From assembly GCA_963731265.1 (NCBI GenBank), contig CAVSUE010000001.1:1408001-1472000 (forward strand): DNA of 64,000 bases, written 5' to 3'. The DNA comes from an uncultured Verrucomicrobiae bacterium. Its GTDB lineage: Bacteria; Chlamydiota; Chlamydiia; Chlamydiales; Rhabdochlamydiaceae. The first letter of the stretch is position 1. Each line of letters opens with the position of its first letter. The position numbers and the translations under genes were made by a program. The notes beneath the pieces were generated by a model that saw nothing but the letters and a program-made list of their open reading frames with translations, was not told the origin of the DNA and ran no database searches. Positions 40,253 through 52,238 of the stretch are shown piece by piece.

Positions 40253-40405
40253 AGAGGGTGCAACAAAATCTGTACCCGATGAAAAAATGCTGCGAAGCCA
40301 ATCTGCTTCGTTGGTCTGCTTCGACAACCCCATTCCATCGAGTCCTTGCATCTTAGCCTTCTGGCTATTTTTTCATTATGAGTACAGATTTTAATTACAC
40401 CCTCT
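40253..40405. mobile_element. Palindromic element (~153 bp)
   Basis: AGAGGGTGCAACAAAATCTGTAC..TGAAAAAAT / ATTTTTTCA..GTACAGATTTTAATTACACCCTCT; no clear TSD. Confidence 0.65.
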
Positions 40406-40417
40406 GTGAATAAAATT

Positions 40418-41716
40418 TTAAGAGGCCTTTTTTTCCTTCTCCTCAACCTTGGTTCCTTCTCTAATGAATGCCTCTAAAAGAGGAAAAGAATCGCACACAG
40501 TCCCAATGTCTAAAGTGACATCATTTCCACAAACATACAAACAAGTATGAAAATTTTCCTCCCCTGCTAAAAAAATATTTTTAGCTATGAAAGATGAAAC
40601 CTTTTCATCTCTTTCTGCAGAGAAGAGCGCTGTATTAGCAAGTGTTTTGGTTACATGATTGTGAGTTAGACGATCCAAGGAAATGGCATGATGTGCACGA
40701 GGATGCAAAGGAAAAGGATAAAAGCAGGCTCTATAGACTAATCCGCCTAAATCACTTAACTTCTTATGGTAATCCGAAGCAAAGCCGCCAGCCCCGGAAA
40801 AATAAAAATCTTTAACGGCCTCGATGATCATGACCTTTCGAGGAGGTCGTGAATTCAGAGGAAGGATTTCGGTTTGACTCTGAGTAGTTTCCCGCGCCCG
40901 TTTTTTTGGAATCTCGCTTTCAAAAAAATTCAACAGTCCTTGCTCTGGATCTGCGTCCCAGCCTGTGAGTTTCCCCGCTCCGTAAAGAAGATAATTCAGG
41001 GGAAAGAAATATTGAGCTGCAACTTTTTTCACAGAAGCCAGCCCTCGATTAATCACTATAGTCGATGGTACCGCTTCTCGATCCGAAGCCAGGGGTGAAG
41101 CCGTTCGAAAGCTGTCCCAGAATACATTTCCCAATGAGGCTGTGATTAAAGAATCCGCTTTCACTCCTTGATTTTGGAAAGCCTTTAAGACTTGAAGAGG
41201 GCTTTTGCTGAGTTCCTTTAAAGATAAAGGGTTCCATTTGCCAGGACTTCCTTCGACTTCTTCTTGATTTCCATAAAAACTAAACAAAATCAATTGAAGT
41301 TTTTTTTGGTTCACAGGTTGTTTTGAAACAAACGATCGCACAGTAAAAATTTTTGGGATGTCCCCATCTATGCGGATCTGGATATCGCGCATGGAAAAGT
41401 GAGATTGAATGAGTTCCACTTCGTTGGAACTTGAAGATGTGCGCGCAGTGAAGTTGCCTGTCACTTTCTTGGCAAGTTCATGGTCGAGGGCATGGAAATC
41501 ATCTGATTGAGTGTTCTGCTGACTGGATAAATTGAAATCTACGGGCAAAAAGAACGCATTTCTGAGTAGGATTCCCAACTTCTCTATCGGAGTGTCAAAT
41601 AAACTCCAGCACCGTCCCGCATGTTGTTGGCCTAGATCTTGAACGTCTCGATAAGTAATTGTAGATGGCAAACTTGTCAGTAGTGTGTTTCCTAGATCTA
41701 TCTGTCCAGTGCTCAT
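40418..41716 (-). CDS. Hypothetical protein, possible degenerate alpha/beta-hydrolase fold
   Basis: 432-aa ORF; 'FYGN', 'ITASLG', 'VINRG', 'KDFYF' and 'HH' in hydrolase-like order. Confidence 0.55.
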   Translation of the reverse strand: MSTGQIDLGNTLLTSLPSTITYRDVQDLGQQHAGRCWSLFDTPIEKLGILLRNAFFLPVDFNLSSQQNTQSDDFHALDHELAKKVTGNFTARTSSSSNEVELIQSHFSMRDIQIRIDGDIPKIFTVRSFVSKQPVNQKKLQLILFSFYGNQEEVEGSPGKWNPLSLKELSKSPLQVLKAFQNQGVKADSLITASLGNVFWDSFRTASPLASDREAVPSTIVINRGLASVKKVAAQYFFPLNYLLYGAGKLTGWDADPEQGLLNFFESEIPKKRARETTQSQTEILPLNSRPPRKVMIIEAVKDFYFSGAGGFASDYHKKLSDLGGLVYRACFYPFPLHPRAHHAISLDRLTHNHVTKTLANTALFSAERDEKVSSFIAKNIFLAGEENFHTCLYVCGNDVTLDIGTVCDSFPLLEAFIREGTKVEEKEKKAS

Positions 41717-41764
41717 TCCCTACTTCCATTCTGAGAAAGGGAAGAAGCATATTGAAACTAAAAT

Positions 41765-41992
41765 TTAATTGTCAAACTCGAAAGCCTTTTTTCTGGCGAG
41801 GTAGGCCATGCGTGCCGTAAGGAGGCCTTCCAGGACTCCTTCTTCGTAGCGAAAAAGAGGATGCTCCTCCAACTCAGGAAAATCGTTGGGCTGCAATAGA
41901 TCGTCAGGGGTAATGTTAGGGATAACCTGCTGCGCGAATTTCAAAAGTTTATTCCGCTGCAATGCTACAAGCTCGTCGAAAACCTTCTCCAT
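41765..41992 (-). CDS. Conserved chlamydial small hypothetical protein next to tadA
   Basis: 'PDDLLQPNDFPELEEHPLFRYEEGVL'; position matches the tadA neighbour in Chlamydia. Confidence 0.75.
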   Translation of the reverse strand: MEKVFDELVALQRNKLLKFAQQVIPNITPDDLLQPNDFPELEEHPLFRYEEGVLEGLLTARMAYLARKKAFEFDN

Positions 41993-42446
41993 TATGTTCC
42001 CTTCTCATTTTAAAAAATTCCCTCATCAATTGGGAGCATTGCTCTCTCAGGATTCCGGTGGTCGTGCGCAATCGGTGGATGGGATGCTCGATGTCCAAAA
42101 GATTGACCCAGCTTCCGTGCGCGCCGCATCGCAAATCGGGCGCGCCCCACACCAAACGGTTCAGCCTAGAGTGGATCATAGCCCCCGCACACATCGGACA
42201 CGGTTCCAGTGTACAATAGAGTGTGGCATCGAGCAGCCGCCAATTGGATAAAATCTCGGAGCCTTTTTTTATGCAGAGCAATTCTGCATGAGCGGTAGGA
42301 TCTGCAAGGGATTCGACGCGATTGTGTGCCCGCGCGATCACTTCATTCTTAACGACTAGGACAGCGCCGACGGGGACTTCTCCTTTAGCAAAACCCTTTT
42401 CGGCTTCCGCCAAAGCCTCGCTGATGAATTGCTCATCCAACTCCAA
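41949..42446 (-). CDS. tadA: tRNA adenosine(34) deaminase
   Basis: EVPVGA, AHAE, TLEPCPMC; probable TTG start. Confidence 0.94.
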   Translation of the reverse strand: MELDEQFISEALAEAEKGFAKGEVPVGAVLVVKNEVIARAHNRVESLADPTAHAELLCIKKGSEILSNWRLLDATLYCTLEPCPMCAGAMIHSRLNRLVWGAPDLRCGAHGSWVNLLDIEHPIHRLRTTTGILREQCSQLMREFFKMRREHNGEGFRRACSIAAE

Positions 42447-43116
42447 CAGGCTTGCCCCCTGCTTTTTTATGCAATTGCGCAATCTGTTTTTTCAATCCTT
42501 CGACATCTTGGAAGTACTTCCGCTCCGCGCCCTGCATTCTCTTTTCATATTTTTCTGTGAGCTTGCGGATCTCTTTTTCGTAGTGCTCTTTCACAGACTC
42601 AACAGAGGCGAATTTAAGCGTTTCTTCCTGCGGTTTCTCTGCAGCCTTTTCTGCAAGGGCGATTTCTCTGAGTTTGCTCAACTGCTCTTCAGTAAAAACA
42701 ACGGCATTCATAATGGCGAAAATATAAACCTTTCCTGCTCCAAATTGACTAATGGCTGTATTGAGTAGAAAAGAGCTCACGTCTTCAGGCAATGCTTCGA
42801 TCTCATCATATTTTGGATTGATTTTTGTAAGCTCTGCGACGAAAAACTGATAAAGCTCGCCGTTTTTCAAAACCCAACGGGCGGTGATCTTTTCCCCGAG
42901 CTCTTGATCCCCATCGGCGATATCTTTGAGATAGGCGGAGGACAATTCGTGGATCGTCAACTTGTCGAGAGGCCGTTTAGGGAAATGCTTGTTGACAAAA
43001 GCGGGATTTTTGAGTAAATGTTCATTGCGCAAGTCTTTTCGAATGGCCTGAAAAATGTCGGAAATCCAAGGCTGTAGCTTACTGAATTTCACTTGATAAG
43101 GATCTTCTTTAATCAT
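42433..43116 (-). CDS. Hypothetical protein with C-terminal coiled coil
   Basis: 227-aa ORF overlapping the tadA start. Confidence 0.75.
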   Translation of the reverse strand: MIKEDPYQVKFSKLQPWISDIFQAIRKDLRNEHLLKNPAFVNKHFPKRPLDKLTIHELSSAYLKDIADGDQELGEKITARWVLKNGELYQFFVAELTKINPKYDEIEALPEDVSSFLLNTAISQFGAGKVYIFAIMNAVVFTEEQLSKLREIALAEKAAEKPQEETLKFASVESVKEHYEKEIRKLTEKYEKRMQGAERKYFQDVEGLKKQIAQLHKKAGGKPVGVG

Positions 43117-43342
43117 TGCTTTACCTTATAATGTCGTGAAAAAATTTATGCTTATCTCGTCTAAAAGTCAATTGTTAAATGAGGCAATTTTTCTTTTAAA
43201 AGGCAGTGGCTCCTCAGCAAAACGAGAAAAACCGTTTTTCTGATTGATCCTATTGCGACGTTAAGGTACAATAAAGTCAATGTTTTACACTAAAGTTTGT
43301 CTACCTGTTTTTAACTCTCAATCACCGCGGGAGATTGTTTAA

Positions 43343-43612
43343 ATGTCTTTAGATAAAGGTACGAAGGAAGAAATTACCAAGAAGTTCCAACTTCATGAGA
43401 AAGACACCGGGTCGGCTGATGTTCAGATCGCAATCCTCACAGAACGGATTGCAGAGCTCACAGAACACCTCAAGCTCGCTCCAAAGGATCATAGCTCAAG
43501 ATTGGCTCTTCTTAAACTTGTCGGGCAGCGACGCAAATTGCTCGACTATCTCAATTCAACTGATACAAAACGCTATCAAAATTTAATTACACGCCTTAAC
43601 CTCCGTAAGTAA
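43343..43612 (+). CDS. rpsO: 30S ribosomal protein S15
   Basis: [27 protein letters not shown]. Confidence 0.97.
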   Translation: MSLDKGTKEEITKKFQLHEKDTGSADVQIAILTERIAELTEHLKLAPKDHSSRLALLKLVGQRRKLLDYLNSTDTKRYQNLITRLNLRK

Positions 43613-43638
43613 AAACTTACCTTGAGGCCACGGCACCG

Positions 43639-43678
43639 AAAACCGCCAAGGGAATTTTTTCCTTTGGCGGTTTTTTTA
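43639..43678 (+). terminator. Intrinsic terminator after rpsO
   Basis: AAAACCGCCAAGGGA..TCCTTTGGCGG followed by a T-tract. Confidence 0.8.
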
Positions 43679-43853
43679 TTAAACCACAGCAAAAACATTA
43701 GTTGTCGCTATATCCCCGCCCCTGTTATATTCACTCGGTAATTTCAGGTTGGGTGGATGAAATGTCCATCTGTAAAGAGAACTTTATTTTCCTTGCAAAT
43801 GGCCAGTTCATCTCCAATCTGAAAGCAGTAAAATTTAAATTTGGAGTTATTGA

Positions 43854-45962
43854 ATGGAATTTCAACGTAAGAGCATCACTGTTTCTGTTGGCGGGCGAGA
43901 TATTACCTTTGAAACGGGAAAAGTCGCACGGCAAGCAGGAGGCTCAGTCATCGTTCGGTCCGGAGAGACCATCCTCCTCGGCACAGCCTGCTCCGCACCT
44001 CCTCCTTCGGAAAACACCGATTTTCTTCCTTTAAGAGTGGATTATCAGGAAAAATTTTCTTCCACCGGCAAAACGCTGGGCGGTTTCATTAAGCGCGAAG
44101 GTAGGCCCACAGAGAAAGAGGTCCTCACGTGTCGCCTCATCGATCGTCCGATTCGCCCGATGTTCCCGGACGGCTACTACAACGAAGTACAGCTCCTGGT
44201 CTATGTGCTTTCTTATGATGGAACACATTCGCCGGACCCCCTTGCGATCTGCGCTGCCTCCGCGGCCTTGGTAATTTCCGATATCCCTTTAGTCAAACCG
44301 ATCGGCGGCGTCCGCGTCGGCCTTATCGATGGCAATTTCATCGTCAACCCCACCATTGAGGAGCAAAAACGCTCCCGTTTAGACCTCATGTTAGCCGGTA
44401 CCGAAGATGCGATTTTAATGATCGAGGGCTATGCGGATTTTCTTTCTGAAGAACAGATCCTCGAAGCAGTCGAAGAAGGCCACCAGGCTATACGTAAAAT
44501 CTGCCAATCCTTAGGCGATTGGCAAAAAGAGATCGGCAAAACTAAAGTCGCCGAACACCTCCGCTTGCTTGCTCCTGAACTCGTGGAAGACGTTCATCAA
44601 TACGCCGCTGAGCGCATTGATAAGGCCCTTCGCGTTAAAGAAAAGCAGGTACGCGAAGAGACAATCAAAACGATCTCCGCCGAACTCGTCAAAAAATACA
44701 CCCCTGAAGGAGAAACAGCGCCAAAATACAAACTCAATGATGTTAAGGCGGCTCTCAAAAAAGTCCAATCCGACATCATGCGCAAAATGATCCTCAATGA
44801 AAACAAGCGCAGCGACGGCCGCACTTCAGACCAAATCCGCGCAATCGACATCGAAATGTCCTTTCTCCCGCGCACACACGGAAGCGCGTTATTCACACGC
44901 GGCGAGACGCAATCCATCTCCGTCTGTACGCTTGGCGGAGAGACCATGGCGCAGCGAGGAGAAAACCTCGAAGGCGAGTTGAACAACCGCTTCTATTTGC
45001 AATACTCATTTCCACCCTTTTCCGTCGGTGAAGTGGGCCGAATGGGGTCTGCGGGCCGCCGCGAAATCGGCCACGGCAAGCTCGCCGAGCGCTCTTTGTC
45101 AATGGTCATTCCGATGGCGGAGCATTTCCCCTATGTTATCCGCTTAGAGTCCAACATTACCGAGTCCAATGGATCTTCATCCATGGCCTCCGTCTGCGGC
45201 GGATGCCTTGCTCTGATGGATGCTGGTGTGCCGATCAAACGTCCCATCGCAGGCATTGCAATGGGCCTGATCCTCGAAGAAAATAAATATGCGATCCTCT
45301 CCGACATCCTCGGCGTCGAAGACGCTCTTGGGGACATGGACTTTAAAATCGCAGGCGATGCGCATGGAATTACAGCCTTCCAGCTCGATATCAAAGTCGA
45401 AGGGATCAACAAACAGATCATGCAAGCGGCCCTTGCCCAAGCGAAGCAGGGACGACTGCATATTTTGAGCAAAATGATTGAGATCTGTCCTAAGGCGAAA
45501 GAACATCTTTCGACTTATGCTCCTCGCATTGAGACCATCATGATCAAGCCGAGCAAGATCGGCATAGTCATTGGTCCAGGTGGCAAACAGATCCGTGCCA
45601 TCACAGAAGAAACAGGCGTTGAAATCGATATCGACGACAGCGGCCGGATCAGCATCGCGTCTACAGATAGCGCGGGTATGGAAAGGGCCAAAGAGATCAT
45701 TCACAACCTCACCGCTGATGTTGAAATCGGCAAGGTTTACAATGGCCGTGTTGTTTCCATCGTCGATTTTGGCTGCTTTGTCGAAATTTACGGCAAAGAA
45801 GGGCTATGCCACATCTCGGAATTGTCTCACACGCGCGTTCAAAAAGTCTCCGACGTTGTCAAAGAGGGGCAAATGCTCGAAGTGAAGGTCCTCGACATCA
45901 ACGACCGCGGACAGATTAAACTGAGCCATAAGGCCCTTCTCCCCGTTCCCCAAAGACAGTAG
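43854..45962 (+). CDS. pnp: Polyribonucleotide nucleotidyltransferase
   Basis: Two RNase PH domains, RREIGHG, GDMDFK, KH and S1 domains. Confidence 0.98.
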   Translation: MEFQRKSITVSVGGRDITFETGKVARQAGGSVIVRSGETILLGTACSAPPPSENTDFLPLRVDYQEKFSSTGKTLGGFIKREGRPTEKEVLTCRLIDRPIRPMFPDGYYNEVQLLVYVLSYDGTHSPDPLAICAASAALVISDIPLVKPIGGVRVGLIDGNFIVNPTIEEQKRSRLDLMLAGTEDAILMIEGYADFLSEEQILEAVEEGHQAIRKICQSLGDWQKEIGKTKVAEHLRLLAPELVEDVHQYAAERIDKALRVKEKQVREETIKTISAELVKKYTPEGETAPKYKLNDVKAALKKVQSDIMRKMILNENKRSDGRTSDQIRAIDIEMSFLPRTHGSALFTRGETQSISVCTLGGETMAQRGENLEGELNNRFYLQYSFPPFSVGEVGRMGSAGRREIGHGKLAERSLSMVIPMAEHFPYVIRLESNITESNGSSSMASVCGGCLALMDAGVPIKRPIAGIAMGLILEENKYAILSDILGVEDALGDMDFKIAGDAHGITAFQLDIKVEGINKQIMQAALAQAKQGRLHILSKMIEICPKAKEHLSTYAPRIETIMIKPSKIGIVIGPGGKQIRAITEETGVEIDIDDSGRISIASTDSAGMERAKEIIHNLTADVEIGKVYNGRVVSIVDFGCFVEIYGKEGLCHISELSHTRVQKVSDVVKEGQMLEVKVLDINDRGQIKLSHKALLPVPQRQ

Positions 45963-45971
45963 ACACTCAAT

Positions 45972-46011
45972 AAAACCTCTCTCGCATCACTGGATTCGAG
46001 AGAGGATTTTT
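45972..46011 (+). terminator. Terminator after pnp
   Basis: CCTCTCTCG..CGAGAGAGG-ATTTTT. Confidence 0.65.
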
Positions 46012-46139
46012 CGCTGAAGGCATTTCTTTCTTTAATCCGCTTATTCCTAATAGGTTGCGTTTTCAACGAGAAATTCGTTGAGAAACGAAACGCTCTTGAT
46101 TATAATTGTAGTTAAATAAAACTCTTTTTTGAGGAAAAC

Positions 46140-47057
46140 ATGGTTACACCCAATTATCTTACAGTTAAGTATTTTGACATTTACTCTTTAAATTATTCAC
46201 ATATTGAAGAGTTAAAAAAAGAGATCAGTTCATATCCTGCCCCGCTTCAACCAAAATTTCAAAATGCTTTTAATGCCGAGTCAATGAAAGAAAAGATTGA
46301 AAATGGAAAACAGGTTTACCAATCAATGTCGCCAATGATCTTACAACAAAGCGATGAGCAGAAACTAACGGAAGCATCCAGGGTAATGGCAAACTTTGTT
46401 AAAAACGCAAAGGAAGCGTCGGAGAATGCACAAGCGCTATTGAATCGCTGTGGAAATGTGGATCACTATCAGCTCCAACTTTTGGTCAATTATGTGTTAG
46501 GGATTGAAGATCTAGAAGGAATTTCTTGTACTGATTTAGTCAAGGAGAGATATTTTTCTGCGATGAAAAAGAGTGGATTTCTTGATACGCCATATTCCTC
46601 CCTCCAGCAGAAGCCTGTTTATCAACCTGGGCTTCTTGCGTCTGAATTTCTATCTCAGCACCCAGAAATTAAAACAATGACCCTTGCTTGCGGAGAAGCT
46701 GGATCAGCTTATCCTGGTTCCTGCTACTCTAGAAGGCCTGAGGATCATGCCCAAGAGTCTTTTACAATTGACAGCACCGGAGGGATGGGCCCACGTCTCG
46801 TTGACAATATGCATGATCCCGATCTTTGGAAATGCATTTCCAATGGACGATTTGAAAGAGTCTTCGATCATTCCATGGGGTATTTCCTTTTCAATGATCC
46901 TCAATCACAAAACACCATTGAGAATATCTATAGAGTCTTACAACAAGGCGGATGTTTGAAAATGGATCATTCTTTCGAGCCTAAACATGTCGAGATGCTG
47001 AAAACAGCTGGGTTTTTCATCGAGAATGAAAACGGAAAAATCGCAAAAAAACTTTAA
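46140..47057 (+). CDS. Hypothetical protein with C-terminal methyltransferase-like segment
   Basis: GAGGA RBS; 'TLACG', 'FERVF', 'IYRVLQQGG'. Confidence 0.55.
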   Translation: MVTPNYLTVKYFDIYSLNYSHIEELKKEISSYPAPLQPKFQNAFNAESMKEKIENGKQVYQSMSPMILQQSDEQKLTEASRVMANFVKNAKEASENAQALLNRCGNVDHYQLQLLVNYVLGIEDLEGISCTDLVKERYFSAMKKSGFLDTPYSSLQQKPVYQPGLLASEFLSQHPEIKTMTLACGEAGSAYPGSCYSRRPEDHAQESFTIDSTGGMGPRLVDNMHDPDLWKCISNGRFERVFDHSMGYFLFNDPQSQNTIENIYRVLQQGGCLKMDHSFEPKHVEMLKTAGFFIENENGKIAKKL

Positions 47058-47224
47058 AAAGTTTTTATTAACGTTGTCTTTTGTCCAAGTTATAAAGAAA
47101 ACGCGCAAAAAGCAGCGTAAACAGGATCGTGACCAGATAAGCCGGCTAGCAGCCAAGGACGGATGAAAACCTCTCTCGTTCGCTGGAGAGAGGTTTTCTT
47201 TTTTTACAGAGTCCATCCTCAAAG

Positions 47225-47749
47225 ATGCCCAATACAGGAATAAGTATGGAAACATTGTTTTGTAAGCTGCAGAAAAAGCTCACCTTCCTCTTCTGGAATT
47301 TATTTTTAATAAGGAATAAACCTGTGCTTAAAAAATCGGAAGAAAATAAAAAATGGATTAATGATATTGTTGAAGTTATGGCTCAATTTGGCAATCTTGC
47401 CTTTCAAAAAAAAGGTTGGGTTGAGGGAAAGACTAAGGCTATTGTCTCCTTCAATGAATCAATTTGCATGTTGTATGATGATTTGCATTTTTTAAGTTTT
47501 TTAAAAAACGATCTATCTCAATTTAGATTGAAAAACTCTTTAATAAAAAAAATGAAATTGTTCGACTCTTTAATCGATAAATGCATTGAACTTCATGGTG
47601 TATTTGACGAACCCAATATGATCTTGGATCCTGAATGGCATAAAGTCGTGTACTTAACTCAAAAAATTTTAAAGGACTTTGAATTGTTGGGATTTTTTGC
47701 TCCCGATCTTTCTCAGCCACCTTACGACTTTTCATCCCACTCACGCTAA
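47225..47749 (+). CDS. Hypothetical AT-rich protein (true start probably later)
   Basis: 'WVEG..SFNESICMLYDD..ILDPEWHKV' resembles immunity-type small proteins; weak. Confidence 0.5.
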   Translation: MPNTGISMETLFCKLQKKLTFLFWNLFLIRNKPVLKKSEENKKWINDIVEVMAQFGNLAFQKKGWVEGKTKAIVSFNESICMLYDDLHFLSFLKNDLSQFRLKNSLIKKMKLFDSLIDKCIELHGVFDEPNMILDPEWHKVVYLTQKILKDFELLGFFAPDLSQPPYDFSSHSR

Positions 47750-47791
47750 TTTATAATGTCTATCCCGAATTACGGGAGACGCTTTTCATTA

Positions 47792-49114
47792 TCACGCGAC
47801 GCCGATGGTGCGCAGATAGGCGCGGTAGCGGCAGTTTAAGTCGCCCACGGATGAACGGAAAGTCGCACTAAAGGGGGCCATTAGCTGCTCTTTGTGTTGG
47901 CGATGGCCGACGACAGCAGCATCATAGCGGGCTTTCGCTTCATTGTGCATTTGCGCACGTTCTCCTCTGACCCGGTTTTCCTCGGCATTGAGGCGGGTTC
48001 TCTCGACGATCCAGCGTGCATCGATGTTTGCAATTTGCAAACGTGCTTCGTTGTCGGCTGTCAACATGCTGACCTGAAGCTCATTGTTCTGCTGGTCGTA
48101 AAGGAGTTTATCTCGTGCTGAGAGATTGTTGTAAGGGATTTGCCCATTGCTCGTGATAGCGGCTACTGACCTGTCAAAACGCAGTTTCGCTTCAGTTTTA
48201 CGTTGGTTTGCAGTGCCTTGGATTGTTTGTCTTTCACGAACATGATTGAGCTCAAAGGCCTTTAAACTGCGCACGGCCCAATTGTCGTTATAATGCTGTT
48301 CCGCTCTGGAGCAATCGGATTGATAAGCACGCTGGAAGACTTCCGTGTTTGCTTTAAATTCTCGTTCGATGGGAGCAACCGCCGCACCGTAGTTCTCCTT
48401 AACCCCATCAAAATCCTTCTTAAGGTCTTTGATCCGCTGCATCTCTCCTGCTTCGACGAGATTGAATCTCTCCAATTTATCAAGAGGGTAAGTTTGAATG
48501 ATCTCCTCAAAAGTTTTTGCGGCAGTTTCGGCACGCCATTGCCCGCGCCATTCCGCAGGGGAAGGAACTTGGTGCTCAAATTGGCGATAAACGCACTGGG
48601 CGAGGTGTCGTTGGGCATTTTCATGAGCATGGATAATCTCGACCAAATTTTTTCCACGCATCTGTTCCCGATATTTTTCCGCAAATTGGTCGGTTGTGAG
48701 AATTCCCCAACGCAAGACACTGTTCCATCCATGCGCTTGCATCACTTGTTCAAAGCTCATGCGAGCAGCTTCGTTGCGAAACTTGACCATTTCTTCCGGA
48801 TTTTCATAGTCGTCGAACTGAAAGCTATACCAGAGAGCCCCAACGGAGGCTAAGATACAGGGAATAGCGATCAAACCCATGGGCCCGCTCACAGCGCCTA
48901 AGACTGCAGCAGTCGCTATCCCAAGGCCCCCTAACCCTGATCCAATACTTAAAAGGCGCATGCAAATGCGGGTGATTTCTACCGTGGTCAAGCCGCAGAA
49001 TTCTTTTTGCGTCATTCTCGACTGCCAAAAACTGTTAGAAGGTTGAGGGAGAACATTTGTTTGCGGAGCAGAAGCTGGATTACAATTTGAAGAACTAACT
49101 GGTTTAATTGACAT
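47792..49114 (-). CDS. Putative inclusion-membrane (Inc-like) T3SS effector with coiled coil
   Basis: S/P/N-rich N-terminus, ~45-aa bilobed hydrophobic stretch, long helical C-terminus. Confidence 0.65.
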   Translation of the reverse strand: MSIKPVSSSNCNPASAPQTNVLPQPSNSFWQSRMTQKEFCGLTTVEITRICMRLLSIGSGLGGLGIATAAVLGAVSGPMGLIAIPCILASVGALWYSFQFDDYENPEEMVKFRNEAARMSFEQVMQAHGWNSVLRWGILTTDQFAEKYREQMRGKNLVEIIHAHENAQRHLAQCVYRQFEHQVPSPAEWRGQWRAETAAKTFEEIIQTYPLDKLERFNLVEAGEMQRIKDLKKDFDGVKENYGAAVAPIEREFKANTEVFQRAYQSDCSRAEQHYNDNWAVRSLKAFELNHVRERQTIQGTANQRKTEAKLRFDRSVAAITSNGQIPYNNLSARDKLLYDQQNNELQVSMLTADNEARLQIANIDARWIVERTRLNAEENRVRGERAQMHNEAKARYDAAVVGHRQHKEQLMAPFSATFRSSVGDLNCRYRAYLRTIGVA

Positions 49115-49322
49115 AATGCCGCCAAAATAATAATTGCTTGAAATTTCAGGTATTATAATTGATTGCTAATAACAAAACAACTTTAATTAACCAAACCTTT
49201 AAATGTGAAAAGTTTTGTGTTTAAATATTTAATTAAAGAAGTATACTTATACTGGTGACAGTTGAACGTTAAATAAAATTTCAAGTGAAAGCTGGATATA
49301 CCCAAGAAACTTCAAATTTGGC

Positions 49323-52073
49323 TTAAATTTGCTGGGGGGCGGTGTCGTCAGGGACTGATGGAAGATCGCGGTCTGGGAGTTTTTCTGGGGGCGGCGGGGG
49401 CGTTTTACGCTGCAGGTCCTGAACATTCTTCAGGCGCTGTTTTTTCTTTTCCTGGTCGAATTTGCCATTCATGATCTCAAGGACGTCGTCGCGGTCGAGC
49501 GTTTCGAACTCAATGAGCATCTCGGTCATGAGTTGGACTTGCTGGCGGTTAGTTTCAATAATTTCCTTGGCACGCAGATGAGCTTCATTTAGGATCATAC
49601 GCACTTCTTTATCGATTTCCTCAGCAGTCGCATCTGAATACGATTTCTCGTGGTAGTTCGGCATGCCTAGATATTGCCCATTTTCGCTGCGCTCGTCGTA
49701 AGCGACGGCTCCCAATTTATCGGTCATCCCCCATTCGCAGACCATGCTGCGGACAAGGCGGGTCGCTTGGGTGATGTCCATTTGCGCGCCGCTGGAAATG
49801 TCGTCGACGAAGATTTCTTCGGCAACCCGACCACCCATGAGAACAGCCAGCTGGTCGAGGACTTCGCGCCTCCAGTAGCTCAAACGGTTCTTTTTCGGCA
49901 TAAAATGGGTTGCGCCAAGGGAAAGCCCTCTAGGAATAATTGTCACCTTATCCACGGGATCGGCATGTTTCACGCAGAGAGCGACGACAGCATGTCCTGA
50001 TTCGTGATAAGCTGTGGTGCGTTTTTCGTTCTGGTCGATCTCCAAACTGCGTCTTTCTTTCCCGTAACGAACTTTATCGCAAGCTTCTGCAGAATCCGAT
50101 CCAGTCACGGCTGAGCGCCCTTTACGGGCAGCCAGCAATGCGGCTTCGTTAAGAATATTGGCCAAATCTGCTCCCGAAGCGCCCGGAGTATTGCGGGCAA
50201 GATGCATGAGGTCGACAGAGGGGTCGAGCTTAATTTTGCGGGCATGCACTTTGAGGATCTCGTAACGGCCCTTGATGTCGGGGAGGTCGATGATGGTGCG
50301 GCGGTCAAAGCGGCCGGGGCGGAGCAAAGCTTTATCGAGGACATCCGGCCGGTTAGTGGCCGCGATCAGGATGACACCTTCGTTCGTATCGAATCCATCC
50401 ATCTCCACAAGAAGCTGGTTAAGCGTCTGTTCCCTTTCGTCATGGCCTCCGCCTATCCCGGAGCCGCGGTGGCGACCCACGGCATCGATCTCATCGATGA
50501 AGATGATGCAAGGCGCATGTTTTTTGGCTTGATCGAATAAATCGCGGATGCGGCTGGCGCCTACGCCGACGAACATCTCGACGAAGTCTGAGCCGGAAAT
50601 GAAGAAAAAGGGACGGTCGGCTTCACCGGCAATGGCTTTAGCGATCAGGGTCTTGCCTGTGCCGGGCGCGCCTACCATGAGGACGCCTTTGGGAATGCGG
50701 GCGCCTAACGCTGTAAATCGGGAAGGATCTTTCAAGAAATCGACAATTTCTTGGAGTTCTTCTTTGGCTTCATCACAGCCGGCCACATCTTTAAAGGTCA
50801 CCTTGTTGCGTTCCTTCGTCAGCATTTTAGCTGGAGATTTGCCGAAATTCATTGCGCTGTTGCCCACGCCTTTCATTTGCCGGGAGAATACGAAATAGAG
50901 CAATAGGACGACGAGGACAACAGGAAGAATGGTCAGCAGATAACTGAAATAATTCGGCGACGGCTCTTCGCTCTTAAATGTTTTTTCCAAGACGGCATTT
51001 CTAGGTTGGTCAGGGGCCTTGAATGACAAGGTTTTATTGGCGGGGAAGTTTTCCCATTCCTGTTTGGCCTGATTGAACCAATGCCCGAAAAGCTCTGGAT
51101 CCTGTTTTTCTAGCGCCCTTGTTGAAAGCTCCTGATTATTAAAATACCAGGTGGCAGTAGCGACGGCTTGGCGCGCTTTGTCAAGCTGGGCGCCATTTTT
51201 TTCCAATTCGTCATTGACATAGGCATATTGTTCAAGCTGGGCCTTATAATTGCGGACGCTTCGCAACTGGACGAGGCGGACGTTTTGCTGTTCTTTGTTG
51301 AGATCCGCTACGATTTCATCGAGAGAGAGCAGCGCGCTACGGTAAACGGAAATCTGTTCCTGGTTTCCTCGCTCGGAATTGACATTGGAAGCTTGGGCGA
51401 CTTCTTGCTCTAAGTTCTTGAGCTGCTGCTTCATGGCCTCATTGCCAATACCCAAAGCCGGTGATCGGAACCGTTCGATCAAGGTGAGCAGGTCTTTTCC
51501 GAAAGCATCGACAGCTGCAGGATTTGAATCGTGGGAGATGCCGGGGAATAATTTTTCCAGGTCGGCAAGGCTAGTAATTTCTTTGTCGGACAACCCCTTG
51601 ATGTAAACGGCGTTGTCTTTGTCGGAAGTATTATAGATCGGATCGACGACAAGGTATCCCCCTTTTGGGAGAGGCTGGCCGCTCAGATGAAGGAATAGGT
51701 CCGAGGCGTCCTTCACGCTGTGATTGGAAGCAGTCAACTCCTGTTCAAGGGAGCCTTTTTGCGACGAGAGCTCGTGGTTGCGATTGAGTAGCTCGAGATA
51801 ACGGTACCGTGCCTTGGCGTCATCGGATAAATTGTCTTTGAATTTGCCGCTGAAAGTAACGAGATTATCGTTTAGAGCAATTTTTCGGCTTTCTTCCTTC
51901 TGGACCAGGTCTAGATTCACGAGATGTTCGACCTGATGACTGAATGCGACCTTTCCCGTTTTATCGTTGTTAAAACTTTGAACGGTGAGAATAACTAAGA
52001 TCACTGCCAGCAGGAAGATGAAAAATCCGCCTGGAAAACCTCGTTTCGATTCCGGTTTCATATCATTACTCAT
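49323..52073 (-). CDS. ftsH: ATP-dependent zinc metalloprotease FtsH (chlamydial long periplasmic form)
   Basis: [30 protein letters not shown]. Confidence 0.98.
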   Translation of the reverse strand: MSNDMKPESKRGFPGGFFIFLLAVILVILTVQSFNNDKTGKVAFSHQVEHLVNLDLVQKEESRKIALNDNLVTFSGKFKDNLSDDAKARYRYLELLNRNHELSSQKGSLEQELTASNHSVKDASDLFLHLSGQPLPKGGYLVVDPIYNTSDKDNAVYIKGLSDKEITSLADLEKLFPGISHDSNPAAVDAFGKDLLTLIERFRSPALGIGNEAMKQQLKNLEQEVAQASNVNSERGNQEQISVYRSALLSLDEIVADLNKEQQNVRLVQLRSVRNYKAQLEQYAYVNDELEKNGAQLDKARQAVATATWYFNNQELSTRALEKQDPELFGHWFNQAKQEWENFPANKTLSFKAPDQPRNAVLEKTFKSEEPSPNYFSYLLTILPVVLVVLLLYFVFSRQMKGVGNSAMNFGKSPAKMLTKERNKVTFKDVAGCDEAKEELQEIVDFLKDPSRFTALGARIPKGVLMVGAPGTGKTLIAKAIAGEADRPFFFISGSDFVEMFVGVGASRIRDLFDQAKKHAPCIIFIDEIDAVGRHRGSGIGGGHDEREQTLNQLLVEMDGFDTNEGVILIAATNRPDVLDKALLRPGRFDRRTIIDLPDIKGRYEILKVHARKIKLDPSVDLMHLARNTPGASGADLANILNEAALLAARKGRSAVTGSDSAEACDKVRYGKERRSLEIDQNEKRTTAYHESGHAVVALCVKHADPVDKVTIIPRGLSLGATHFMPKKNRLSYWRREVLDQLAVLMGGRVAEEIFVDDISSGAQMDITQATRLVRSMVCEWGMTDKLGAVAYDERSENGQYLGMPNYHEKSYSDATAEEIDKEVRMILNEAHLRAKEIIETNRQQVQLMTEMLIEFETLDRDDVLEIMNGKFDQEKKKQRLKNVQDLQRKTPPPPPEKLPDRDLPSVPDDTAPQQI

Positions 52074-52092
52074 ATTCTATTAACGAACCCCA

Positions 52093-52238
52093 GATGACAA
52101 ATTAAACCACTTGCCTGTGATTAAAGTAAAGAACATTCCCCCTTCAGGAAGTGGCAAAATTCCGAGAGCAGAACTCATCAGAATATCACTTTTCAGGGAG
52201 AGGCCCAACTTCTCAAACAGACACCCGGTTTCCTCATC
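52093..52238 (-). ncRNA. Candidate rod-shaped structured RNA (6S-like, or ftsH 5' leader)
   Basis: Nested pairings AAACC/GGTTT, TGTCTGT/ACAGGCA, a central bubble, AAGTG/CACTT, ATTCTGA/TCGGAAT, GAG/CTC; G-U pairs favour the minus strand. Confidence 0.45.
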
